The notes beneath the pieces were generated by a model. It saw nothing but the letters and a program-made list of their open reading frames with translations. It did not search any database and was not told the origin of the DNA. From the NCBI RefSeq assembly GCF_000146505.1, contig NC_017448.1, positions 1,470,001 to 1,502,000 on the forward strand: DNA of 32,000 bases, written 5' to 3'. Source of the stretch: Fibrobacter succinogenes subsp. succinogenes S85. Lineage in GTDB: Bacteria > Fibrobacterota > Fibrobacteria > Fibrobacterales > Fibrobacteraceae. A program made the translations under genes and the position numbers. Shown piece after piece: positions 23,429 to 32,000 of the stretch; within the stretch, counting starts at the first letter, position 1; every line of letters begins with the position of its first letter.

Positions 23429-24193
23429 CTAGAAGCTAAACGTCTTGCCAAAGTTCACGCCGTAGCCAACCTTTTCTGCTGCAAACACGCCGCCATGGAA
23501 TCCAGACGGATGGAAGTAATTGAGCATAAATCCGACATTCAGCGTCTTGAGCCACATGAAGTCAGCATCTAAAGCCAATACGCCATGTTGCCCAAGTCTT
23601 GCGCCAACGCGAGCCGTGGAATAAAGCTTTACGCCATAGCCTTCGTCATCATTTTCAGCAAGGCTCTTTCCGAGATAGTCGCGCATGTCGTCGAAATCGC
23701 CACCGCCTTCAAACAGCTGAATACCAGCCCCTAGACCTAAAATCAGAGGGCCTACGTCAAAGTCAGCGCCAACGGCAATACGTTCTTGCAAGTTCCAAAA
23801 CGAATACTTTTTCTTTCCATCCGGCCCTTCTAGCCATGCATTATAGAAGTCATTGCATTTGCCCACTTCCGAGCAATCAAACGACGCCTTACCGCCCTTG
23901 CCACCAAAGGCCGCCTCAACATACAACGGTGTCATTGTTCCAAGCGGTCTGTAATTCAACGATGCCGTTGCACCTGCAGAAAATCCGTCCTTGACGTTAC
24001 GGCCAGTCATTTTAGCACCGCCAAAAGCATCAACAGACAAATTCATTGCAGAGTTTTCTCCGTTAACAGCAAGTCGCGGCTGATGAGCGACCACCATCGT
24101 AGATGCACCCATTGAACTCAAATGCGGGTTCAAACATCCGCACAACGACATCGCCGCCACAGACAACATACAGAAAAGAATTGACTTCTTCAT
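23429..24193 (-). CDS. Outer-membrane beta-barrel-like (lipo)protein
   Basis: 254 aa. The signal peptide ends in SLCGC (lipobox-like). The sequence has Gly/aromatic alternating beta-strand character and a C-terminal ...GKTFSF ending in Phe. An AGGAG SD is present. Confidence 0.55.
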   Translation of the reverse strand: MKKSILFCMLSVAAMSLCGCLNPHLSSMGASTMVVAHQPRLAVNGENSAMNLSVDAFGGAKMTGRNVKDGFSAGATASLNYRPLGTMTPLYVEAAFGGKGGKASFDCSEVGKCNDFYNAWLEGPDGKKKYSFWNLQERIAVGADFDVGPLILGLGAGIQLFEGGGDFDDMRDYLGKSLAENDDEGYGVKLYSTARVGARLGQHGVLALDADFMWLKTLNVGFMLNYFHPSGFHGGVFAAEKVGYGVNFGKTFSF

Positions 24194-24226
24194 TTTCGTT
24201 CTCCTACTTATTTGTTTTGCTCAAAC

Positions 24227-24255
24227 AATATATCATATTTTGGTAGACGCAACAA
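24227..24255 (-). promoter_or_regulatory. Sigma-70-type promoter for the beta-barrel gene
   Basis: On the minus strand, TTGTTG (24255-24250), exactly 17 nt, then TATATT (24232-24227). Confidence 0.5.
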
Positions 24256-24262
24256 GAGACCG

Positions 24263-26755
24263 CTATTTCAGAGAAATTGATTTTATGACGCAGCGATCGC
24301 TAGCCGAGATAGACTGCAAAACCAGGCGATAAGCGGATTTGGAGCCCTGAGGGGTCACGCTCAAATCCATGATTTCGGGCAATGGTAAAATTTTCCGAAC
24401 AAATCCATTTTGCAAACTACCGTTAGCAAGATTCGCGGTAGTCAACTTTTTGGAGTCAAAAAATACAGCCGTATGCTGGCAAGTTTCCGGCCAATAATCA
24501 ACAACAAGATTCTCGAAATCATCCATTGAAACCATCCTGCCAAACGCAAAATGCATACCGCGTCCAGCCCTATCAAATTTGACTTCAAGCCCTGAGCCCA
24601 AAGCATCATCATAAGGTTCCATCTGCACGTTCGCATCCCATGCGAAATTTTCATACGATCCCGGATAAATATCCGCAGATGCAATCTTTGCCGGAACAGA
24701 GGCTTCGCCATAGGTATTCAGGACAAGATAGGGATCTATCAATATCACATCACCTCCGTCAGAATTGAGCACAAGACGGAACCAGCGCAAACCATCCAAC
24801 GCGCCGTCGTTAGCAGGCATCTGCCAGCGCAACGTATGTATCTTGCCATCTACAGGAACAGAAACTTCATTGAGCTGCAGACTGCCCGAGCAGAATTTTG
24901 TACGGCAAAGGAGGAGTTCAGCTTTCATCCAGTTTCCTTTGGGATTTTCAACCTTGACGTTCACCTCAAAAGATGTATTTGCCCTGATATTTTCACCCGA
25001 ATTCCAAGACGCAACTTTTTTCCAGCCCGCCGGCAACTTGAACTTCACCTCAGAATTCTTTTCTGTTGCAGAAGCGTTGTAATCATAACGGGCATATGCA
25101 AAACGGCCAATTCTAGGGAATCCCGTATTGCGCATGATATCAGGAATCTTGCTTGCATCCAGACACTTCGTATCCGGCGAGAAATACCCAATCAACTTCG
25201 GATTTCTGAACTGCCCCAAGTCACGATCGTAATCATACTTTGCAACTTCACACAGAATTCGCCACATATCGACACGCAAGCCATCATAAACAGGCTGCAT
25301 TGCCTTCGTCTCAAAAGGCAATTCAATATGGCGACCGCTAATCGCCTCACCATAGCGCGGATGCGTCGGATCCACAGCGTAAGCCGCATTCGCTGTACTC
25401 TTCGTCCCCGGATTTTCAAACGGGAAACCGGCTGACGACTGTGTAAAGCCACAATCCGAACGAATCGCCAAATCGCCATTACACTTCATATCCATGGCAC
25501 TGACCGTCGGAATAAACGTGCTGCGGTCTTGAATCAGTTCATCGGCACCCCAAGACGTTCCGATATTAAAGTTCAAAAGCAACACATTCTTACTCATGTC
25601 TTCTGGCATCGCATCTAAAAATCCCTGACGGAGCGAACTGTAGATAGTCTCCGCAAACGGGTATGTTGACCCCTGAATAAAGTCGTACTTTGACGTTCCA
25701 TTGTAATCATTTGATACGGCATCATCCGTCAATTCCTTTTTACGGTTATGGGAGAGCAAACCATTATTATCAGAGTTGTGCAAATGGCTTACCGCAGAAC
25801 CAAGCGTAATCGGCCCCTTGTCAGCATGGCGTTCCAAATGATAATAGTCGTTTTTATGTTCCGGGCTCTTCCCTTTCAACTGTCCCTGAGACACAAGAAC
25901 TGTTGGGAAACCCTTGTATTCGGCCGCATTGCGATAATCTTCAAAAAGGAACCTTCCCTTTGTATTCGCCACAGACGTACAAGTTCCACCATCACACTTG
26001 TTCTCATAAACCAAAAGATCCGCAGCTCCCTTTGATAGCAGAATATCCTTGAACATCAAAGCCGATGCAGAATTTCCCTTATTCCCCCAGAAGGCGACCG
26101 TATTGAAAAGCCCCATCGGCATGACCGCCCCCTGATGCGGGGAATCCAGTGACGAGAACAGACGTATCGGAGCATCAACACTGCTACGATGAGAATCATA
26201 CAGATAAGCACCATAACGCCCAATAACACCGCCCTGACTGATTCCCAAAACAATAAAACCATCTTCTTTCGCTCCCGGGAACGGGATAAGCTTATTGTCA
26301 CTCAAGAAAGAAAACAGCTGGCTTAACACCTTTGAATTTTCCTGAAGCGATGTTCGCACTGTTTCCGTAAACTGCACAAGGATTGGCGTATACCCAAGAT
26401 TCTTGAGCAAGAACGGGATCCAGGCTTGATTCACTTCTCCTTCCAGATCCGTCAACGTTTTCTTCTCGACCGGGTCCAAGTTGATTCCGTCAATAATCAA
26501 AAACGGACGTTCCAAATAAATACCCGTCGGAGATCCCTGATCTTCAGGAGCATTTATAACGCGAATTCGTACGGTTTCCGCCTTACCGCTGCAAGCATTC
26601 CCTGTACGGTCAAAGCCTTCCAAATTCAAAAGCGCCTTGCCATTTTCAACGCATAATTTTTCCTGACCGTCAACAAAGAACGAATAGTCCTTATGAGCGG
26701 CCATCGCATTTACAGCAAAGAAGGCAACAAAAGCAAGCCATATATTACGAATCAT
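24263..26755 (-). CDS. Secreted alpha/beta-hydrolase (lipase/esterase/thioesterase-like) with C-terminal beta-sandwich modules
   Basis: 830 aa with signal peptide MIRNIWLAFVAFFAVNAMA. The nucleophile elbow is FIVLGISQGGVIG (GxSxG, with SQGG as in palmitoyl-thioesterase-type hydrolases), followed by LDSPHQGA. The last ~300 aa look like two CBM-like domains. The start overlaps the upstream stop (TAATG). Confidence 0.6.
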   Translation of the reverse strand: MIRNIWLAFVAFFAVNAMAAHKDYSFFVDGQEKLCVENGKALLNLEGFDRTGNACSGKAETVRIRVINAPEDQGSPTGIYLERPFLIIDGINLDPVEKKTLTDLEGEVNQAWIPFLLKNLGYTPILVQFTETVRTSLQENSKVLSQLFSFLSDNKLIPFPGAKEDGFIVLGISQGGVIGRYGAYLYDSHRSSVDAPIRLFSSLDSPHQGAVMPMGLFNTVAFWGNKGNSASALMFKDILLSKGAADLLVYENKCDGGTCTSVANTKGRFLFEDYRNAAEYKGFPTVLVSQGQLKGKSPEHKNDYYHLERHADKGPITLGSAVSHLHNSDNNGLLSHNRKKELTDDAVSNDYNGTSKYDFIQGSTYPFAETIYSSLRQGFLDAMPEDMSKNVLLLNFNIGTSWGADELIQDRSTFIPTVSAMDMKCNGDLAIRSDCGFTQSSAGFPFENPGTKSTANAAYAVDPTHPRYGEAISGRHIELPFETKAMQPVYDGLRVDMWRILCEVAKYDYDRDLGQFRNPKLIGYFSPDTKCLDASKIPDIMRNTGFPRIGRFAYARYDYNASATEKNSEVKFKLPAGWKKVASWNSGENIRANTSFEVNVKVENPKGNWMKAELLLCRTKFCSGSLQLNEVSVPVDGKIHTLRWQMPANDGALDGLRWFRLVLNSDGGDVILIDPYLVLNTYGEASVPAKIASADIYPGSYENFAWDANVQMEPYDDALGSGLEVKFDRAGRGMHFAFGRMVSMDDFENLVVDYWPETCQHTAVFFDSKKLTTANLANGSLQNGFVRKILPLPEIMDLSVTPQGSKSAYRLVLQSISASDRCVIKSISLK

Positions 26756-28035
26756 TATTTTACCTCCACAAAGAGTTTCTGTTCAACACTTCTTCCGCCG
26801 CTTTTCATCTTGAAAACAATTGTCTGCAATCCCGCTGACGGAAATTCCAGTTCAAGTCTCTCCTTTGGAGAAATCGACTTGCACGTACCAGAAACGCAAA
26901 CAGAAATTGAAGGCAATACCCTTTGTTTCGTGACAACAAAATAGGGGTCTAGCACAAGGCTCACCTTTGACCCGCGCACAAACGATGTCGGTAATCCCGC
27001 CGTAAGCAAATGGGCATTCACATTCCGAGTTGAACCGCAAGCATCATCAGCACAGGCCCTATACACATAATCCAAATCCGCAACAAGCAGAGGAATCACC
27101 GTATAATCCGAATTTGCGGCAACAGCTTCAGCTTCAAAATAAAGCTGTTTCGGATTGGCCACAACATTTTCCCTGAGTCGATTACGGACAATCGTGTACA
27201 AATTATCAAACCATGCCAAACGAGATTTTTTCGCCGTCATTTCCGAAGCCTGGACACTGTTCACAATTTTCGCGTGGTCCAGCATACTGACACAAAAATC
27301 GGCATCCGTCGTTGAGATAAGCGCATTACGTTCTTGCGGAGAATACGCAGCACTAAATTCAGCTTCCTTTGCAGGCAATAAACGCGTTTCACGATTTACT
27401 GACCACGCATCAACATTGGAAAATTCGTATTTCCACGGACTTTCATCAGTGATTTCCATAGCAAACGAAGAAGACGATACACCTCCTGCACCATTTTTCA
27501 CGCAGCTAAATCCAACATCGTCAAAAAACAGCGTTGTGTATTGGTACTGCGGAACCTGGAAAAGCCCCACGCCCACATTCATAACGTCCATCGCGCCTGT
27601 CACGCCAAGCCCAGCAAGCGGAATTTCCAGCGATTGCGTTTTATTCGCCGCCAACTCCACATAATGGATACGACTTTCCGACAAAGACCCTTTCAGCCAA
27701 ATACCAAACCTTGCATTCTGCGTAGCGCGAACCTTCAAGCGGAGCACACCACCCTCAACATGCAACGGAAGCGTCGGGAACGAAAGCAAGCCCTTCCAAT
27801 CGCCTTGCACATTTTTCACGCCAGACAACCGGATATACGGAGCATTCATTCCGTCAAAGTTTCCCCAATTTGCCTTCCATTCCGGAAGCTCCGGGAAAGT
27901 CCTCCCCGATTCAATCATTTGACCATTGTCGCTACCGTCAGAATACAGTGCGACGCCCTTACATTCCTCGGCAAAGCCATTGAGTGCCAACAAGGCTCCC
28001 GCAAAGGCCACGCCCTTAAACATCCTATAGTTCAT
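26755..28035 (-). CDS. Secreted protein of unknown function with an N-terminal CBM-like beta-sandwich
   Basis: 426 aa with signal peptide MNYRMFKGVAFAGALLALNGFA. I recognised no catalytic motif. It is translationally coupled to the 830-aa gene. Confidence 0.55.
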   Translation of the reverse strand: MNYRMFKGVAFAGALLALNGFAEECKGVALYSDGSDNGQMIESGRTFPELPEWKANWGNFDGMNAPYIRLSGVKNVQGDWKGLLSFPTLPLHVEGGVLRLKVRATQNARFGIWLKGSLSESRIHYVELAANKTQSLEIPLAGLGVTGAMDVMNVGVGLFQVPQYQYTTLFFDDVGFSCVKNGAGGVSSSSFAMEITDESPWKYEFSNVDAWSVNRETRLLPAKEAEFSAAYSPQERNALISTTDADFCVSMLDHAKIVNSVQASEMTAKKSRLAWFDNLYTIVRNRLRENVVANPKQLYFEAEAVAANSDYTVIPLLVADLDYVYRACADDACGSTRNVNAHLLTAGLPTSFVRGSKVSLVLDPYFVVTKQRVLPSISVCVSGTCKSISPKERLELEFPSAGLQTIVFKMKSGGRSVEQKLFVEVK

Positions 28036-28083
28036 AGGATTTCCTTTATACAGATTGTTTTTGATAAACAGGCTTATCCAGCC

Positions 28084-28131
28084 GTAAGGATCTAGGTAAG
28101 GATATAAGGAAGAATATAGATAAGAATATAA
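28084..28131. repeat. Four degenerate 12-mer tandem repeats
   Basis: The units are GTAAGGATCTAG GTAAGGATATAA GGAAGAATATAG ATAAGAATATAA. On the minus strand each unit carries a TATAT(T/C)CTT, which is -10-like. The array lies ~50-95 nt upstream of the 426-aa gene start. Confidence 0.7.
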
Positions 28132-28159
28132 TAAAGCGCCCTGATTTCCATCAAGGCGC
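28127..28159 (-). terminator. Probable terminator of the histidine kinase gene
   Basis: On the minus strand, GCGCCTTGAT-ggaa-ATCAGGGCGC forms a 10-bp stem with one mismatch, followed by TTTATTATATTC. Confidence 0.6.
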
Positions 28160-28210
28160 CAATTAAACTACAATATTTTTTTGATTGTGTAAAGGGGTTA
28201 ATTAAAAAAA

Positions 28211-29470
28211 TTATGAATTATCTTTTTTCAAGCGAATAATCAAATCACTTATATAAACACCATCAACTATATTCACGGAATACGTATAAGCATCCGGGTA
28301 AATCAAATCCAGTCGCTTTTCAAATGTAGAAAGTCCAAGCCCGCTTCCCTTGCGGCTAGACTTTCTCGGGAAATTGGAATTTTCCGAATGGAAATGCAGA
28401 TCACCGCTAGCCTGCGTAATAGAGATATGCGCAAAACTCTTGCCGTTTGGATTCACACAATGCTTCATCGCATTTTCCATCAAAGGCATCATCAGCAACG
28501 GCTCTATCATCATGTTCGGATTATCAAGTTTTACATCAAAGACAAAATCAAAACTTTCATCAAGACGGAGCTTTTCCAAATCGGCGTACTTTTGCAAGAT
28601 ATCCACATCTTCTTGCAATGTAATGTACTTGTCCTTGACCTGGTAAAGCATCATTCTCAAAAGTTGAGAAAGTTTGTTCATGGAGCTTTCAGCGCGTTTC
28701 GGATCAATCTGGATTAAAGCAGAAATGTTGTTCAACGTATTAAAGAGAAAATGCGGACTCAACTGATTCTTCAAAAAATCCAGTTCATACTGGAGGCCCA
28801 TGCGTTTTTGCTCACGCAAAATAAAAGCTCGCATAATCTGACGAAGCGTCAGGTGGTAAAAGACGCAAATCAGACAAACTAGGCTCACCAGCATTACAAA
28901 AGTTGCCACAGTACCAAAGCTAAAATGGCCCTTAAGCGAAGAAAAGCAATAAGCATCAAAAAAATAAGAGACGCCATCGTCCGGAGTCCGTTCCATTACA
29001 AACAACATTACTTCACGCAAAAACAGCGTAGCAAACACCAAGACCGAGTTGCTAAGGAAATACAATCCGTAACGTTTTTTAAAGATACAAAGCGGGACCA
29101 AGTACCTCTGGTTCAGCATAAAGATAAGCAATGTACAAAGTAACGGAAAATAGAAGGTAAGGAGACCATTTAAATTGACGCTAGAGGCGTTTGAGGGGTC
29201 CATGATAAACACCAGCGGGAACAGAAGCATAAACAGCCAAATAAGGAGCGCCGGCAAAAAAATGGGAATCGGGAATCGAATAAATTCACGGTCGTCCTCC
29301 AGAATCTTACGAACCTTTTCTTCATTACGTTCAAAGTCCATCTCTTGCAAGACCGAGAGGAAGTTTCGCATTTTCTGGATAAAGCCAGCACTTTTTTCAT
29401 TACAAAATGTAGAGCGATTGTCATTCATAGCAAAAAAATTAGTTAAAAACCAGCCTATTTTGCCCATCAT
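28211..29470 (-). CDS. LytS/YehU-type sensor histidine kinase (His_kinase + HATPase_c) with 4 TM helices
   Basis: 419 aa. The hallmark is LKNQLSPHFLFNTLNNISALI. The ATPase part is MPLMENAMKH...GSGLGLSTFEKRL. No response regulator gene is adjacent. Confidence 0.8.
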   Translation of the reverse strand: MMGKIGWFLTNFFAMNDNRSTFCNEKSAGFIQKMRNFLSVLQEMDFERNEEKVRKILEDDREFIRFPIPIFLPALLIWLFMLLFPLVFIMDPSNASSVNLNGLLTFYFPLLCTLLIFMLNQRYLVPLCIFKKRYGLYFLSNSVLVFATLFLREVMLFVMERTPDDGVSYFFDAYCFSSLKGHFSFGTVATFVMLVSLVCLICVFYHLTLRQIMRAFILREQKRMGLQYELDFLKNQLSPHFLFNTLNNISALIQIDPKRAESSMNKLSQLLRMMLYQVKDKYITLQEDVDILQKYADLEKLRLDESFDFVFDVKLDNPNMMIEPLLMMPLMENAMKHCVNPNGKSFAHISITQASGDLHFHSENSNFPRKSSRKGSGLGLSTFEKRLDLIYPDAYTYSVNIVDGVYISDLIIRLKKDNS

Positions 29471-29476
29471 GACAAT

Positions 29477-29496
29477 TTCGTGACAAAAATCACGAA
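29477..29496. promoter_or_regulatory. Perfect 7-bp inverted repeat directly upstream of the kinase start codon
   Basis: TTCGTGA-caaaaa-TCACGAA followed by CTTTTTT on the plus strand. It lies 7 nt from the kinase ATG, in the divergent region shared with the sigma factor gene. Confidence 0.4.
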
Positions 29497-29604
29497 CTTT
29501 TTTAACAAAAACTCAATTTAACTTTTGCACGCACCATTCTAAGTAATGACACAAGGAATTCAATCTGGAGGTAAATTTGATAATGTAAAAATGAGGAGGT
29601 CACC

Positions 29605-30456
29605 ATGAAAACCCTTAACAATCGTGAACAGAAAGACATTTACATGCAATATCTGAACGACATTTCTCGCTACCCGTTACTCACAAGAGAACAGGAAACG
29701 ATATTGCTCCAGAAGTCCGCAGAAGGCAACAAGGCTGCCTTGGACATGTTAGTCAACTCCAATCTCCGCTTTGTCGTGAACATCGCAAACCTCTACAAGG
29801 GACGTGGCCTCGACATCATGGAACTGATTAACGAAGGGAACATGGGACTCATCGAAGCCGCTCGTCGTTTTGACCGCTCCCTCAAAATCAAGTTTATCAG
29901 CTACGCCGTGTGGTGGATTCGTCAGAACATCACCCGCGCCATTTCTGAAAAAGGCCGCATGATCCGCATCAGCGCCGAAAAGGAACTCATGCTCCGTCGC
30001 TTCAACCGTCACGCCAAGGATGTCCAGCAGGTCATCGGCGGAACGTTCACCATCAATACTCAGTCGCTTGAAGGCCTTTCCAAGTACAAGGCAAGCGAAA
30101 TTGAAAAGATCCTGATGATGGGCAATTCCACCTCCTCGCTCGACGCTCCAGTCAACGAAGATGGCGATGCAACGCTTGGCGATACGATTTCTGATTCCCA
30201 GAGCCGTACCGATGAACTTGCCGACAACAATAACCGTGCAGAAGTTTTTGACAAGGTCTTGGACAAGAATCTCTCCAATCAGGAAAAGGAAATCATCAAG
30301 CTCTATTACGGCTTCAAGATGGATTCCGACCTCAACCTCAAGGAAATCGCCCCGATGGTCGGTCTTTCCAAGGAACGCGTGCGCCAGCTCAAGGAAAACG
30401 CCTTAAACAAGCTCCGCGACGCCGAAGTCGAACGACTCCTCTGCGAAGCTGCATAA
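29605..30456 (+). CDS. Sigma-70 family RNA polymerase sigma factor (compact, regions 2-4, no region 1.1)
   Basis: 283 aa. YLNDISRYPLLTREQE is region 1.2-like, NLRFVVNIANLY...ELINEGNMGLIEAARRFD is region 2, FISYAVWWIRQNITRAI is region 2.4, and LKEIAPMVGLSKERVRQLKENALNKLR is region 4.2. A GAGGAGG SD is present. Confidence 0.85.
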   Translation: MKTLNNREQKDIYMQYLNDISRYPLLTREQETILLQKSAEGNKAALDMLVNSNLRFVVNIANLYKGRGLDIMELINEGNMGLIEAARRFDRSLKIKFISYAVWWIRQNITRAISEKGRMIRISAEKELMLRRFNRHAKDVQQVIGGTFTINTQSLEGLSKYKASEIEKILMMGNSTSSLDAPVNEDGDATLGDTISDSQSRTDELADNNNRAEVFDKVLDKNLSNQEKEIIKLYYGFKMDSDLNLKEIAPMVGLSKERVRQLKENALNKLRDAEVERLLCEAA

Positions 30457-30500
30457 CACCTTTATTGCTCCTAACAAGTTTCATACTCTCTCCTTTCGTA

Positions 30501-30531
30501 AAAAAACCGGCTATTCATAGCCGGTTTTTCC
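30501..30531 (+). terminator. Rho-independent terminator of the sigma factor gene
   Basis: AAAAAACCGGCTA-ttca-TAGCCGGTTTTT. Confidence 0.85.
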
Positions 30532-30574
30532 TTATAAGGTGGTGATTTTTTATAGGAAATTGTATTTTTAGAGC

Positions 30575-32000
30575 ATGATGTTTAAACCTTTTAGTTTCCG
30601 CTCTGTATTTATGGCAACGCTGTCCGCGCTTTGCATCGCGAACGCCGCTACCGACAAGAAAACTCCTCCTGGAGATTTTTACGACGAAGTTTCACGATTG
30701 AACAAGGTGCTTTCCGAAGTCAACCGCAAATACGTTGAAAACGTAAACCCGACTGAACTCACGGACGCAGCCATCAATGGCATCAGAAACATTCTAGACC
30801 CGCACACAACGGTGTTCGCCCCCAAGGACTACGAAAGCCTCCGCGTTTCCATGGAAGGTAAGTTCGGTGGCGTGGGCATTACCATCAGCCTCCGCGACAA
30901 CATCCTCACCGTTATTTCGCCGCTCTCCGGCACGCCGGCATTCAAGCTCGGCATCCGCGCTGGCGACCGCATCCGCAAAATTGACGGCAAAGAAACAAAG
31001 GGCATGTCGCTTGACGATGCCGTTAACAAGCTCCGCGGCAAGATCGGCACGGACGTGACGGTTGCGATTGAACGTGAAGGCGTTCCCGACCTCATGGACT
31101 ACACCATTACCAGAGCAGAAATTATCGTCCACGCCGTTCCGTACTATGGTATGGTCACACCGGACATCGGTTACATCAAGCTTGCCACCTTTAGCGACAA
31201 GACTACAAGCGATGTCGAAAATGCAATCCGTAGCCTCCAGAAGCAGGGCATGAAGAAGCTCATCCTCGACATGCGCTACAATCCGGGTGGACTTTTGAAC
31301 CAGGCTATTGAAATCAGTGAACTTTTCCTCAAGCCGGGTAACGTCATTGTCAGCACCCGCGGCCGCACCCAGAAGACTGAAAGTGCCGCCCGCAGAACTC
31401 CGCTTGTCAAGCCCGAAGTTCCGATGGTCGTTCTCGTAAACCAGGGTTCCGCCAGTGCAGCAGAAATTGTCTCTGGCGCACTACAAGACTGGGACCGCGC
31501 CTTGATCGTCGGTAAGACCTCGTTCGGTAAGGGTTCCGTGCAGACAATCTTCCCGCTCGACAACCAGGGCAACGCCCTCAAGCTCACAACCGCTTTCTAC
31601 TACCTCCCCTTCGGTCGTTGCATCAACAAGCCTGAAAACGGCATCAAGGGACTCACCCTGCAAGACGAAGAATACGAAGATGAAGAAAAAGATGTCGCCA
31701 AGACCGACTCCGTGAAGGCAGACACAGCCAAGCGCGACACGTTCTACACGAACAACGGCCGTATGATGTTTGGCGGTGGTGGCATTAAGCCGGACGTCGA
31801 CGTGGAACTTGACCCGATGCCTTGGGTTGTCCAGGTGCAGGAACGCATGGCCATGTACTTCAAGTTCGCAGTCAAGATTCGCCCGAGCCTTGAAAAGGCT
31901 CAAGTCAAGGTGAACTCCGAATGGGTCGTTCCGGATTCCCTCTTTACACAGTTCAAGGCCTTCTGCAAGAAGGACTCGAACTTCATGAAGGTCAAGAGCA
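30575..32000 (+). CDS. S41 family C-terminal processing peptidase (Ctp/Prc-like), 3' end outside the window
   Basis: It is absent from the ORF track because there is no stop inside the window. The signal peptide is MMFKPFSFRSVFMATLSALCIANA. The PDZ domain is GGVGITISLRDNILTVISPLSGTPAFKLGIRAGDRIRKIDGKE. The catalytic core is LILDMRYNPGGLL...VVLVNQGSASAAEIVSGAL...IVGKTSFGKGSVQ. Confidence 0.9.
   Translation, partial: MMFKPFSFRSVFMATLSALCIANAATDKKTPPGDFYDEVSRLNKVLSEVNRKYVENVNPTELTDAAINGIRNILDPHTTVFAPKDYESLRVSMEGKFGGVGITISLRDNILTVISPLSGTPAFKLGIRAGDRIRKIDGKETKGMSLDDAVNKLRGKIGTDVTVAIEREGVPDLMDYTITRAEIIVHAVPYYGMVTPDIGYIKLATFSDKTTSDVENAIRSLQKQGMKKLILDMRYNPGGLLNQAIEISELFLKPGNVIVSTRGRTQKTESAARRTPLVKPEVPMVVLVNQGSASAAEIVSGALQDWDRALIVGKTSFGKGSVQTIFPLDNQGNALKLTTAFYYLPFGRCINKPENGIKGLTLQDEEYEDEEKDVAKTDSVKADTAKRDTFYTNNGRMMFGGGGIKPDVDVELDPMPWVVQVQERMAMYFKFAVKIRPSLEKAQVKVNSEWVVPDSLFTQFKAFCKKDSNFMKVKS

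Overview
This 32 kb window reads like a Fibrobacter (F. succinogenes-like) chromosome segment. I base that on two things recalled from memory: a TIGR02147/DUF4423-type protein, and a protein with two 'Fibrobacter succinogenes major paralogous domain' (TIGR02145-like) repeats fused to an OmpA_C domain. Housekeeping genes are interleaved with envelope and accessory operons, and most genes lie on the minus strand. The housekeeping genes are carB, an HU protein, a thioredoxin-TPR YbbN-like protein, a biotin-less carboxyltransferase, a sigma-70 family factor and an S41 C-terminal processing peptidase. The items most worth a second look are: (1) A ~9 kb seven-gene minus-strand operon (530-9608). It links a putative DUF4423 regulator, two Cys-rich lipoproteins (one carrying a 687-bp tandem duplication), an S8 subtilase, and a GtrA / flavoenzyme / GT-C trio with no GtrB-like GT2. 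(2) An autonomous two-gene cassette (9775-10696) with its own canonical promoter and terminator. An ORF-track-missed 45-aa very basic ORF overlaps (ATGA) a 217-aa acidic protein whose motif order resembles GNAT-type tRNA-acetylating toxins. (3) A roughly 205-nt leader upstream of carB with a promoter, a short ORF and an intrinsic terminator, which looks like an attenuator. (4) A GC-rich cluster of perfect hairpins downstream of carB, with related motifs at two other intergenic sites. (5) Non-coding heptamer and 12-mer tandem repeats in three promoter regions. I recognised no rRNA, tRNA, CRISPR array, transposase or integrase. All calls were made by eye from the translations and from hand-folded hairpins. 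No database or HMM search was possible, so family names are recollections. Small-motif coordinates may be off by 1-2 nt.
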